Assembly: GCA_045807245.1 (NCBI GenBank) | Contig: JBJMHS010000026.1 | Coordinates: 1 to 33,961, forward strand | Direction: 5' to 3' | From: Actinomycetales bacterium | Lineage (GTDB): Bacteria > Actinomycetota > Actinomycetes > Actinomycetales > CAVURS01 | DNA length: 33,961 bases | Shown: positions 17,134-25,414 of the stretch, in pieces | How the letters are laid out: each line of letters begins with the position of its first letter | How positions within the stretch are numbered: position 1 is the first letter of the stretch | Notes under the pieces: generated by a model | Database searches by the model: none | Seen by the model: the letters and a program-made list of their open reading frames with translations, nothing else | What the model was told of the DNA's origin: nothing | Made by a program: the position numbers and the translations under genes

Positions 17134-18175
17134 GGCTCCTCCTGGGCTCGGGTAGCGGGTCGAAACCGTCGGCCACCGGCGGGTGACGGGACGGGTCAGG
17201 GGATGTGTCGCGGGACGTGGACGGTGTGGCCGGGATGCGCATCTCGTCGATCCTGACCAAGGCGACGCCCGCAACGATCAGCGCACCGCCGAACAGCTGG
17301 ATCAGAGCCGGCAGCTGGCCGATGAAGGCCCAGGCGAACAGCACGGCGAACAGCACCTCGGTCAGCCCGATGAACGACGACAGCCGGGCGCCGAGCCGGC
17401 GGGCCGCACCGATGGCCGTGATGTAGGAGACGTCCGCAGCCAGCACGGACAGGCCGAGCACCGGCACGACCCAGCTCATGGTCTGTCCGGCCAGCCGGAC
17501 GTCGTGCAGCTCGACGTGCACCGGCAGGACTCCGGCGAGCGCCGCCACGGCCAGTCCGGCGGCGCCGACCACCATCGAGGCCCAGGCCATCGTGACCGGC
17601 GGAAGGGCGTCGTCGGTCTGCGCCGACAGCAGGTAGAAGGTGGCCAGGCCGACCGCCGCGCACAGTCCCCACAGCACACCGATGGGGTCGAGGTCGTGTT
17701 TGCCCGGCAGGTCCAGCACGAGCGCCAGCCCGACGACGGCCGCGGCCGATCCAGCGACCGTGAGGCGGCGCGGCCGCTGGCCGTGCCGCAGCCAGCCGTA
17801 CAGCACGACCAGGATGACGCCCAGGTACTCGAGCATCAGGGCGACCCCGACGTTGAGCCGCTGTACGGCGTTGAAGAAGGCGAGCTGAGCACCGGCGACG
17901 GCGAGCAGTCCGTAGACCGCCACCATCGCGAGCTGCCGGCGGTTGCTGCCGGCTCGGCGCGCCCGCAGCTCGGGCCAGTGCCTCCGCAGCTGCACGAGCG
18001 CCGGAACGGTCAGGACCAGGGCTGCGATCCCGATGCGGGTCAGGACAGCGGCGCCGCTGGTCCAGCCGATGTCGTTGAGGGCGGTGGCGAACGTGCCCGA
18101 CGTACCGAACGAGGCGGCGGCGACCAGGGCCAGGAGGAGGCCACGACCCGTACCTCGTGTGGTGCTGTCGTCCAT
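17108..18175 (-). CDS. EamA/DMT-family transporter
   Basis: SFGTSG, FFNAVQRLNVGVALMLEY, LSSFIGLTEVLFA; about 10 TM segments; GGAGGG RBS before ATG 18175 (18265 is an alternative start). Confidence 0.88.
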   Translation of the reverse strand: MDDSTTRGTGRGLLLALVAAASFGTSGTFATALNDIGWTSGAAVLTRIGIAALVLTVPALVQLRRHWPELRARRAGSNRRQLAMVAVYGLLAVAGAQLAFFNAVQRLNVGVALMLEYLGVILVVLYGWLRHGQRPRRLTVAGSAAAVVGLALVLDLPGKHDLDPIGVLWGLCAAVGLATFYLLSAQTDDALPPVTMAWASMVVGAAGLAVAALAGVLPVHVELHDVRLAGQTMSWVVPVLGLSVLAADVSYITAIGAARRLGARLSSFIGLTEVLFAVLFAWAFIGQLPALIQLFGGALIVAGVALVRIDEMRIPATPSTSRDTSPDPSRHPPVADGFDPLPEPRRSRAGAAADL

Positions 18176-18238
18176 GGCGGCCCTCCGTCCGGTTCTCGAC
18201 TCCCCGTGCGTGCCGGCCTTGCCTGCTCCGGCCTGTAC

Positions 18239-18329
18239 GTCAGGAGTCAAACGGCTTATGCTCATGACACCTACTGCGACCCTAGGGGAGCGCCCGGTAA
18301 GGAGTCAAGATGATTTTTGCTCATGACAC
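18239..18329. promoter_or_regulatory. Two copies of a candidate operator in the eamA/ABATE divergent region
   Basis: AGGAGTCAA-N8-TGCTCATGACAC (18242-18270) and AGGAGTCAA-N9-TGCTCATGACAC (18300-18329). Confidence 0.6.
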
Positions 18330-18870
18330 TGAGGTCGCGCTGGCCGCTGCCGCCGCTCTGGTCAACACCAGTCCCGCGGCGGACCGACCGGACGGCGATG
18401 GTCAAGAGCGGTTGCCCGACCCTGCGGCGCTGAGCCAGTTCATGCAGACGTGGGGCTGGACCGGGTCGCGCATCGGGGACCAGCGGGAGCTCGAGCAGGT
18501 TCGGCGTCTGCGACCACGGCTGGCGCGGGTCTGGGAAGCGGACGAGGACGAGGCCGTCGAGATCGTGAACGGGTTGCTCCGCGAGGCGCACGCGCTGCCC
18601 CAGCTGGTGCGGCACGACACGTGGGACTACCACCTGCACGCCACGTCGGCCGATGCTCCCGTCGCGGACCGGATGGCCGTCGAGGCGGCGATGGCTCTCA
18701 CCGACGTGATCCGGATGAAGGAGCTGGACCGGCTGCGCGTGTGCGCCGGCGACACCTGCAACTTCGCCGTCGTGGACCTGTCCAAGAACCGTTCCCGGCG
18801 CTACTGCGACTCGGGCTGTGGCAACCGGGCCAACGTCGCGGCGTACCGTGCTCGTCGCGGTCAGGTCTAG
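18310..18870 (+). CDS. ABATE / CGNR zinc-finger domain protein (putative transcription regulator)
   Basis: MIFAHDT..AL..AAALVNT; C-terminal RVCAGDTC...VDLSKNRSRRYCDSGCGNRANVAAYRAR. Confidence 0.92.
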   Translation: MIFAHDTEVALAAAAALVNTSPAADRPDGDGQERLPDPAALSQFMQTWGWTGSRIGDQRELEQVRRLRPRLARVWEADEDEAVEIVNGLLREAHALPQLVRHDTWDYHLHATSADAPVADRMAVEAAMALTDVIRMKELDRLRVCAGDTCNFAVVDLSKNRSRRYCDSGCGNRANVAAYRARRGQV

Positions 18871-18956
18871 CTCGGCCGGGGATGGCTGGGCCGGGGCTAG
18901 CTCGGCCGGCCAGACTCCGAGGCTGCGAACCAGCGCGGCAGAAAGTTTCGTGGCCG

Positions 18957-18983
18957 TGTCGATCTGGCCCGGTCGAGATCGAC
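18957..18983 (+). promoter_or_regulatory. Putative ECF42-type promoter upstream of the yciI/DGPF gene
   Basis: TGTCGA-N17-CGAC, itself forming the inverted repeat GTCGATCT...AGATCGAC. Confidence 0.6.
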
Positions 18984-19056
18984 GCGTGGGCACAGGAAGG
19001 TCCTGCGGCTCACCGCGGCTCACCGCGGAACGCCAGACACGAAACGGAGAGCTGAG

Positions 19057-19392
19057 ATGCGATTCCTCTGCTACACGCTGGGAGACCCGAACGTCGAGCT
19101 TCCGCCGCCCACCCCCGAGCTGATGGAGGAGATGGGGCGGTTCGTCGAAGACGCCACGAAGGCCGGCGCCCTGCTGGCGACTGGCGGCGTCGGGCCGCTC
19201 GAGACCGCCAGCAAGGTGAGCTACGACGGCAAGGACTTCACCGTCAAGGACGGGCCGTTCACCGAGGCCAAGGAGCTCATCGGTGGGTGGGCCCTGATCG
19301 AGTGCCGCGACAAGGACGAGGCGATCGAGTGGGCCCGCCGCTTCCTGGCCATCGTCGGTGAGGGCGAGTCGACGGTGCGTCCCACGTTCTGA
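19057..19392 (+). CDS. YciI-family (DGPF) protein
   Basis: KDGPFTEAKELIGGWALI..DKDEAIEWARRF; adjacent to an ECF sigma gene. Confidence 0.92.
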   Translation: MRFLCYTLGDPNVELPPPTPELMEEMGRFVEDATKAGALLATGGVGPLETASKVSYDGKDFTVKDGPFTEAKELIGGWALIECRDKDEAIEWARRFLAIVGEGESTVRPTF

Positions 19393-19490
19393 CGTCGACC
19401 ACCGGTTCGGTTCCGGCGCGCTGGGTTTCGACCCTGAGCGCCGGGCCGGACCGGTCGCGTCGCTCCGCTCGCACATGGTCTGATCGGGCG

Positions 19491-20804
19491 GTGAACGGCG
19501 CATCCGCGGACCAACGGACCCATGCAGCGATCGAGGCGGTCGTTCGCATCGAGTGGGCGCGACTCATCGCTGGTCTGGCCGGTCTGACGGGAGACGTCGG
19601 CCTGGCTGAGGAGCTCGCGCAGGATGCTTTGGTCGCGGCTCTCGAGCAGTGGCCCGAGAGCGGAGTGCCCCGCAACCCCGGAGCGTGGCTCATGACGGTC
19701 GGCAAGCGCCGGGCCATCGATGTATTCCGCCGCAACCGGATTCGCGAGAGCCGGTACGCCGAGATCGGGCGCTCGCTGTCGGATGGGACAGCCGCGGACG
19801 ACCCGGAGCTGGAGCGCATCGTGGCCGAGGACATCGACGACGACCTGCTGCGCCTGGTCTTCGTCTCCTGCCACCCTGTGCTGTCGATGCCGGCCCGCGT
19901 CGCGTTGACCTTGCGCCTGCTCGGCGGCCTGACCACGGTCGAGATCGCCCGGGCCTACCTCGTGTCCGAGCCGACGATCGCGCAGCGGATCGTGCGAGCG
20001 AAGAGGACGTTGTCCGCCGCAGGTGTGCCGTTCGAAGTGCCCGGACCCGACGAGCGGGCCGAGCGGCTGGCGGCGGTGCTCGAGGTCATCTACCTGATCT
20101 TCAACGAGGGGTACTCCGCGACGGCCGGCTCGGACTGGATGCGACCGGCGCTGTGTTTCGACGCGCTGCGGCTCGGTCGGGTGCTGGCCGGTCTCATGAC
20201 GGACGAGTCCGAGGTCCACGGGCTGGTCGCGCTGATGGAGATCCAGACGTCCCGGACCGAGGCCCGGGTCGCGGCGGACGGTTCCGCCGTACTGCTGCTC
20301 GACCAGGACCGCCGGCGCTGGGACCGGCTGCTCGTCAACCGAGGTCTGGCCGCGCTCGACCGGGCCGAGTCGCTCGGTGGTGCGCGCGGCCCCTACTTGC
20401 TGCAGGCCGCGATCGCTGCCTGCCATGCGCGCGCCTTCCACGCGGAGGAGACCGACTGGGTGGCGATCGCGCGGTTGTACGGCGAGCTCGCGGTCGTCAT
20501 GCCCTCGCCCATCGTGGAGCTGAACCGGGCCGTCGCCGTGTCGATGGCGCTCGGCCCGCAAGCGGGGCTGTCGCTCGTCGACTCGGTGGCTGAGGTGCAG
20601 GCGATGCGCGGGTACCACCTGCTGCACAGCGTCCGTGGCGACCTGCTCGACAAGCTGCAGCGGTACGACGAGGCAGCGGACGAGTTCTCGGTCGCGGCCG
20701 AGCTGACCCACAACGAGGCGGAACGGGAGCTGATGCGGTTGCGGGCTACCGCGGCGCGAGAGCGGTGTGCGTTGGGCGGCAGCGAGGTCGAGTCCCGGGA
20801 GTGA
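19491..20804 (+). CDS. ECF sigma factor with C-terminal TPR-like extension (ECF42 group)
   Basis: AEELAQDALVAALEQWP..GVP.NPGAWL, DDLLRLVFVSCHP, EIARAYLVSEPTIAQRIVRAKR, YLIFNEGY, LLDQDRRRWD, GPYLLQAAIAACH, SPIVELNRAVA; start codon uncertain. Confidence 0.9.
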   Translation: MNGASADQRTHAAIEAVVRIEWARLIAGLAGLTGDVGLAEELAQDALVAALEQWPESGVPRNPGAWLMTVGKRRAIDVFRRNRIRESRYAEIGRSLSDGTAADDPELERIVAEDIDDDLLRLVFVSCHPVLSMPARVALTLRLLGGLTTVEIARAYLVSEPTIAQRIVRAKRTLSAAGVPFEVPGPDERAERLAAVLEVIYLIFNEGYSATAGSDWMRPALCFDALRLGRVLAGLMTDESEVHGLVALMEIQTSRTEARVAADGSAVLLLDQDRRRWDRLLVNRGLAALDRAESLGGARGPYLLQAAIAACHARAFHAEETDWVAIARLYGELAVVMPSPIVELNRAVAVSMALGPQAGLSLVDSVAEVQAMRGYHLLHSVRGDLLDKLQRYDEAADEFSVAAELTHNEAERELMRLRATAARERCALGGSEVESRE

Positions 20805-20887
20805 CGGAATCTGTTGTAGCCCAGCGGGTTTCACGACATGACCGTTACCTGGTTGTGACCTTTGACGCTGTGGACAGGTGTCTGAAT

Positions 20888-20909
20888 TGTCGGTGGTGCC
20901 GGTTAGGTT
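20888..20909 (+). promoter_or_regulatory. PafBC/RecA-NDp-type DNA-damage promoter
   Basis: TGTCGG-N10-TAGGTT matches TGTCGG-N10-TA-N3-T; 6 nt to ATG 20916. Confidence 0.7.
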
Positions 20910-20915
20910 CGGTTC

Positions 20916-22392
20916 ATGGATCGCAGGGGTGCGTCGTTCCTCCGTGACGGTGGTGGCGAGGGTGAGCCGGTGGGTTTGCCGGAGTCGCCTATCGGGCGGG
21001 GTTCGTTGAGCCCGGAGCAGGCGATGGCGGCGTTGCCGGTGGTCTTGGAAGCGCTCGGGGATGCGCCGTGGTGGCAGTACGCCGAGCCGGACCTGATCGA
21101 GCGGATCCAGCTGCTGTCCCGGGTGGAGAACCAGGTGGTCGCCGCCCAGGTCGCGGCCGTGGGCGAGGCCGTCAAGCGGGGGGTGCTGGTCGGCTCCGGA
21201 CACCGGTCGGGCGGGGCCTGGCTGCGCGCTCAGGTGCCGTTGACACCCCAGGCGGCGGCCCAACGGGCCCAGCTGGCCGAGGAACTGCCCCGCCCGGAGC
21301 TGGCCCCGACGAAGGACGCGTTCACCGCCGGGGAGATCGGCGTCGGTCAGACGGCGGCGGTGACCCGGACGATGTGCGCCCTGGACCAGGTCCCCGATGT
21401 GGACGCCACCACCTGGGATGAGGCCCAGCAGCTGATGCTGGGCGAGGCGGCCCGCCTGGATGCCGGGCAGCTGGGCAAGGTCGGGGTGGCGTTGCGGCAC
21501 CGGCTCGACCCCGACGCCGCGGAGCGGCTGGCCCGCGATGAGGACGCCCAACAGCACCTACGCCAGGCCACCCTGAGCCAGGAGAGCTCTGGGATGTGGT
21601 GGCTGACCGCCACGCTGCCGGCCAAGGACGGCGCCCTGCTCCAGACCGCCCTAGACGGCCTGGCCCAGCCCCGCCCGGCCGCCGACGGGGAAGTGGATCC
21701 GCGCAGCCGGGGCCAACGGATGGCCGACGGGTTGACCGGGTTAGCCGAGCTGTCGCTGGCCCAACGGCAAGGTCAACCGGGTGGGCTGCCGTCCCGGCAC
21801 GGCTCGCCGGGTGCGGATGATCGTCACCGCCGACCTGACCACCCTGAAAGCCGACCTCAGCCGCAAGCATGGGCAGGCCGGGACGCCGATGGCGACCGTG
21901 GAGACCGGTGAACCCGGCGGCTGGGAAATCTCACCACTGCAAGCCCAGACCCTGTTCTGCGACGCCGAGCTGGTCCCCGCCGTGCTCGACGGCGACGGAC
22001 GACCGCTGGATGTCGGCGAGAGCCAGTACCGGTTCCCGCCCCGGATCCGGCGGGCCATCGAGCTCCGCGACCGGCACTGCACCTTCCCGAACTGCCAAGC
22101 ACCCCCGCCCTGGTGCCACGCCCATCACCTGGTCGCCTTCGGGCGAGACGGCCAGCCGGGCGGGGCGACCTCGGAGGCCAACGGCACCCTGCTGTGCGGG
22201 CGACACCACCGCCACATCCACGCCACCGGCTGGACCGGCCATCTCGTCGACGGACACGTCACCTGGACCCCACCGCGACCCGGAGCACCACCCGCCGAAG
22301 CCAACAACCACCTCCGACAGATCGAAACCGCCCTCCGCCAGCTCGCCACCCGCTGGCTCAACCGAAACGCCCACCTCCGAGATACCGGTTAG
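20916..22392 (+). pseudogene. DUF222 + HNH endonuclease (13E12-repeat-like), frameshifted near 21807-21811
   Basis: ORF 20916 carries the DUF222-like region (AF.AGEIG, RLDPD, DPRSRGQRMADGL). ORF 21781 carries VRMIVTADL, PLDVG...RDRHCTFPNC..PPPWCHAHH...NGTLLCGRHHRHIH. Removing one G in CCGGG joins them. Confidence 0.8.
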
Positions 22393-22465
22393 CTCGACGC
22401 TGCCGGGAGAGCAACCGCCGCCGTCGAGCCGGCATGAACGACGCATCGATCGCGGACGAGCAGTG

Positions 22466-22642
22466 ATGAGCACGCAGCCGCAGACGGATGCGAGCACGGT
22501 CGTCCCATGCCGCCGGTCCCGAGGGCTGGCCGCTCAGCCTCGGCCGGTACGCCGAGGTCGCGTCTACCTCGACGTCTCGAAGCTGAAGCCGGCGCACATC
22601 CGCTTCGTCGTCCGCCGCATCCTGTGCGCGACATCGACCTGA
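22466..22642 (+). CDS. Possible small basic protein (58 aa)
   Basis: ATG 22466 after GGACGAG; fills the gap before 22666; C-terminus RGRVYLDVSKLKPAHIRFVVRRIL has G/C-ending codons. Confidence 0.35.
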   Translation: MSTQPQTDASTVVPCRRSRGLAAQPRPVRRGRVYLDVSKLKPAHIRFVVRRILCATST

Positions 22643-22665
22643 TCTGGTCTGACTAGCCTGAGCCC

Positions 22666-23550
22666 ATGCCATCGCCCGACCCGCTGGGTGAGGTGGCCGA
22701 CGAGCTCTACGGCCTCAACCCGGAGGACTTCACGGCCGCTCGCAACGCCCGCGCCAAGGCCGCGCAGGCGGCGGGTGACCGCGACCTGGCCGAGGCCGTT
22801 CGCGGCCTGGCCAAGCCGACCGCCGCGGCCTGGTTGGCGAACCAGCTGGTGCGACATGACCCCGAGTCGCTCGGTCCGTTGCTCGAGCTGGGCGTCGACC
22901 TGCGGCAGGCGACCGCCGCACTGGACGGCGGCGAGATGCGGCGCCTGTCGCGCGAGCAACCCAAGGTCGTGGCGGCGCTCGTCAAGCAGGCCACCGCGCT
23001 CGCCAAGGAGGCCGGCAAGGCCGTGAGTGCGGGAACCGCGCACGACCTCGAGTCCACCTTGCGAGCCGCGGTCGCCGACGAAGACGCCGCCGACCAGCTG
23101 ATGGCTGGCCGGCTGGCGAACTCGTTGCAGCACAATGGCTTCGGGCTGGTGGCTCCCGGCAACCTCAGTCTGGTCCGGACCGCTCCTGAGCCGTCGAAGG
23201 GCAAGCAGCCCGCGACCGCGGGGAGGCTGAAGGGGGAGGAGCGCAAGGCCGCACAGCTCGTCGAGGCTGAGCAGGAGGTCGACGACGCGCAGGCCGCGGT
23301 GGAGGTCACCGTCGCCGGTCAGGAGCAGGCCCAGGCCAGGGTCGACGACGCGGAGGGCGTGGTGGTGGAGGCCCGGTCCGCGGTGGACCATCTGCGCGAG
23401 CAGCTTGAACAGGCCAAGTTCGCGGTCTCGCGGGCCGAGGGCGAGCTGCGCGAGGCGAAGCAGGGGCTGGACCGGGCTACCCGGGCGGCCCGGGCGGCCG
23501 CCAACGGACTGGCGGACGCCACGGCCAAGCGCGACAAGCTGAAGTCGTGA
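22666..23550 (+). CDS. Hypothetical protein with C-terminal coiled coil
   Basis: ADELYGLNPEDFTAARNARAK, KPTAAAWLANQLVR; Ala/Glu-rich heptad C-terminus; strong GC3 bias. Confidence 0.8.
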   Translation: MPSPDPLGEVADELYGLNPEDFTAARNARAKAAQAAGDRDLAEAVRGLAKPTAAAWLANQLVRHDPESLGPLLELGVDLRQATAALDGGEMRRLSREQPKVVAALVKQATALAKEAGKAVSAGTAHDLESTLRAAVADEDAADQLMAGRLANSLQHNGFGLVAPGNLSLVRTAPEPSKGKQPATAGRLKGEERKAAQLVEAEQEVDDAQAAVEVTVAGQEQAQARVDDAEGVVVEARSAVDHLREQLEQAKFAVSRAEGELREAKQGLDRATRAARAAANGLADATAKRDKLKS

Positions 23551-23622
23551 CCATTCGCCGGACCCCTTGACGGCTTGGGGCCAAACCGACAACCTGGGCC
23601 AACTCGACGAAAGGTGCCGTCC

Positions 23623-24000
23623 ATGCTCGTGGTCACGACGAACGACCTGCCCGGCTGGGAGATCCAGCGCGTCTGCGGCGAGGTGTTCGGCCTGACTGTC
23701 CGTTCGCGAAACGTCTTCTCCCAGATGGGCGCCGGGCTGAAGTCGATGTTCGGCGGCGAGCTGGCCGGCATGACCAAGGCGCTGTCGGACAGCCGCAACG
23801 AAGCCATGGGCCGGATGATCGAGGAGGCCCGCGCTCGTGGCGGCAACGCGATCATCGCGATGCGGTTCGACACCTCGGAGATGGGTGACGTCTGGACCGA
23901 GATCGCGGCGTACGGCACCGCAGTGGTCGCCGTACCGGTGACGGAGGGCGCCCGCCAGACCGCCGGCCAGCTCGGGTATGGCACCGCCGCGGCGCAGTAA
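23623..24000 (+). CDS. YbjQ/UPF0145 family protein
   Basis: MLVVTTNDLPG.EI..V.GEVFGLTVRSRN...GLKSMFGGEL...GGNAIIAMRFD...AYGTAV; GAAAGGTG RBS. Confidence 0.92.
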   Translation: MLVVTTNDLPGWEIQRVCGEVFGLTVRSRNVFSQMGAGLKSMFGGELAGMTKALSDSRNEAMGRMIEEARARGGNAIIAMRFDTSEMGDVWTEIAAYGTAVVAVPVTEGARQTAGQLGYGTAAAQ

Positions 24001-24043
24001 CGCCGCCTGGCTGGATGCGCGATCCGTGTACCCTGCTGCCCGC

Positions 24044-24116
24044 GCCCCAATAGCTCAGTCGGCAGAGCGTCTCCATGGTAAGGAGAAGGTCTAGGGTTCG
24101 ATTCCCTATTGGGGCT
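24044..24116 (+). tRNA. tRNA-Thr(GGT)
   Basis: Acceptor GCCCCAA/TTGGGGC, D arm GCTCAGTCGGCAGAGC, anticodon arm TCTCC-ATGGTAA-GGAGA, T arm TAGGG-TTCGATT-CCCTA; CCA not encoded. Confidence 0.97.
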
Positions 24117-24122
24117 CTCCTC

Positions 24123-24196
24123 GGCGGGGTAGCTCAGGTGGTCAGAGCAAACGGCTCATAATCGTTGTGTCGCGGGTTCGAGTCCCGCCCCCGCTA
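24123..24196 (+). tRNA. tRNA-Met(CAT), non-initiator type
   Basis: Acceptor GGCGGGG/CCCCGCT, anticodon arm AACGG-CTCATAA-TCGTT, T arm GCGGG-TTCGAGT-CCCGC. Lacks the initiator C1:A72 mismatch and triple G-C anticodon stem. Ile2 identity not strictly excluded. Confidence 0.93.
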
Positions 24197-24330
24197 CGAC
24201 GGTCCGGCGCACGAGACGTCCGCGTGACCCTCATTTGGACGTCTTTGGCGTCCGTCCCGTACCCTGGGACGTCGCGCGCTCCGACGCGTGAAACCCCTCG
24301 AGTCGACTGGTTGCGAGAGAAGGCTGTCCC

Positions 24331-24501
24331 GTGGCGAGCAAGAGCGCGGATGTACGTCCGAAGATCACGCTGGCCTGCGTGGAGTGCAAGGAGCGCAACT
24401 ACATCACCAAGAAGAACCGGCGCAACGACCCCGACCGGCTCGAGCTGAAGAAGTTCTGCCCCCGCGACGGCCGGCACACGGTCCACCGCGAGACGCGCTG
24501 A
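24331..24501 (+). CDS. rpmG: 50S ribosomal protein L33
   Basis: Read directly (below the track cutoff): [56 protein letters not shown]; follows tRNA-Thr/tRNA-Met as in other actinomycetes. Confidence 0.97.
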   Translation: MASKSADVRPKITLACVECKERNYITKKNRRNDPDRLELKKFCPRDGRHTVHRETR

Positions 24502-24530
24502 GCGCCGGCGCCGCGCTGACTCTCCGACGC

Positions 24531-24986
24531 GTGCCCGTCAACGACGCGTTCTCAGGTCGCACATACCCGCCGACTGCGGTCTACGAGGTCGGCCGCGAGC
24601 ACATCCGCTCCTTCGCCGAGGCCTTGGCCGCCGGCGGTCCGGTGCATCCGGCCCACGTCGACGCGACCGCGGCGCAAGCGCTCGGGTATCCCGACGTCAT
24701 CGCGCCCCCGACCATGGCCGTGATCGTCGCCCACGCCGCGAACGAGCAGTACACCAGTGACCCGGAGTCGGGCATCGACTACAGCCGCGTCGTCCACGGC
24801 GAACAGAAGTTCACCCACCACCGCCCTATCGTCGCCGGCGACCGCCTGGTCACGACGCTCACCGTGGACTCGATCCGCGGCGCTGGGGGTCACGCGATGA
24901 TCACGATGCGCAGCGAGATCGCCGCGGAGTCGGGTGAGCCGGTCTGTACGGCGATCGGCACCATCGTCGTACGAGGTGGTGACTGA
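24531..24986 (+). CDS. MaoC-like hotdog dehydratase subunit (HadA-like)
   Basis: GRTYPP..YEVGREHIRSFA, LGYPDVIAPPT, VVHGEQKF.HHRPIVAGD; GTG 24531 downstream of rpmG. Confidence 0.88.
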   Translation: MPVNDAFSGRTYPPTAVYEVGREHIRSFAEALAAGGPVHPAHVDATAAQALGYPDVIAPPTMAVIVAHAANEQYTSDPESGIDYSRVVHGEQKFTHHRPIVAGDRLVTTLTVDSIRGAGGHAMITMRSEIAAESGEPVCTAIGTIVVRGGD

Positions 24987-25414
24987 TGGCCGGGGCTCCG
25001 AAGTACGACGACGTACAGGTCGGCGACGAGCTGCCCCCGCGCACTATCGAGGTACGCCGCGTCGACCTGGTCCGCTACGCCGGCGCCAGCGCGGACTTCA
25101 ACCCCATCCACTGGAACCAGCGGTTCGCGCTGGAGGTCGGCCTGCCGGATGTCATCGCGCACGGGATGTTCACCATGGGGGCTGCCGTCGAGCTGGTCAC
25201 GGCCTGGGTCGATGACCCGGGCGCGGTGACCGCGTACGGCGTCCGGTTCACCAAGCCGGTCGTCGTACCCGACCCCGGCCATGCCGACCTCCAGGTCAGC
25301 GGCGTCATCGCCACCAAGGATGACGACGCGCGCACGGTCCGGGTCGACCTGACCGTTCGTTCGGCCGACGTCACGGTCCTGGGCCGAGCCCAGGCCACGG
25401 TCCGACTGCCTTGA
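24986..25414 (+). CDS. MaoC-family dehydratase (HadB-like)
   Basis: Hydratase motif YAGASADFNPIHWN...GLPDVIAHGM, VRFTKPV; TGATG coupling to the upstream gene. Confidence 0.92.
   Translation: MAGAPKYDDVQVGDELPPRTIEVRRVDLVRYAGASADFNPIHWNQRFALEVGLPDVIAHGMFTMGAAVELVTAWVDDPGAVTAYGVRFTKPVVVPDPGHADLQVSGVIATKDDDARTVRVDLTVRSADVTVLGRAQATVRLP

Noticed and set aside
18867..18911. Three degenerate 15-bp units (CTAGCTCGGCCGG twice) after the ABATE stop, and an 11-bp duplication near 19004-19028
   Set aside because: Short, GC-rich and low copy; most simply local slippage or part of a terminator, with no supportable function.
19221..21557. 778-aa minus-strand ORF
   Set aside because: Antisense to yciI, the ECF sigma gene and DUF222; no motifs.
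24044..24196. tRNA genes as an integration site for a genomic island
   Set aside because: No integrase and no duplicated tRNA 3' end seen in the window; downstream genes are core.
24288..24530. N-terminal extension of the MaoC-like ORF
   Set aside because: Overlaps rpmG in another frame; family similarity begins at GTG 24531.
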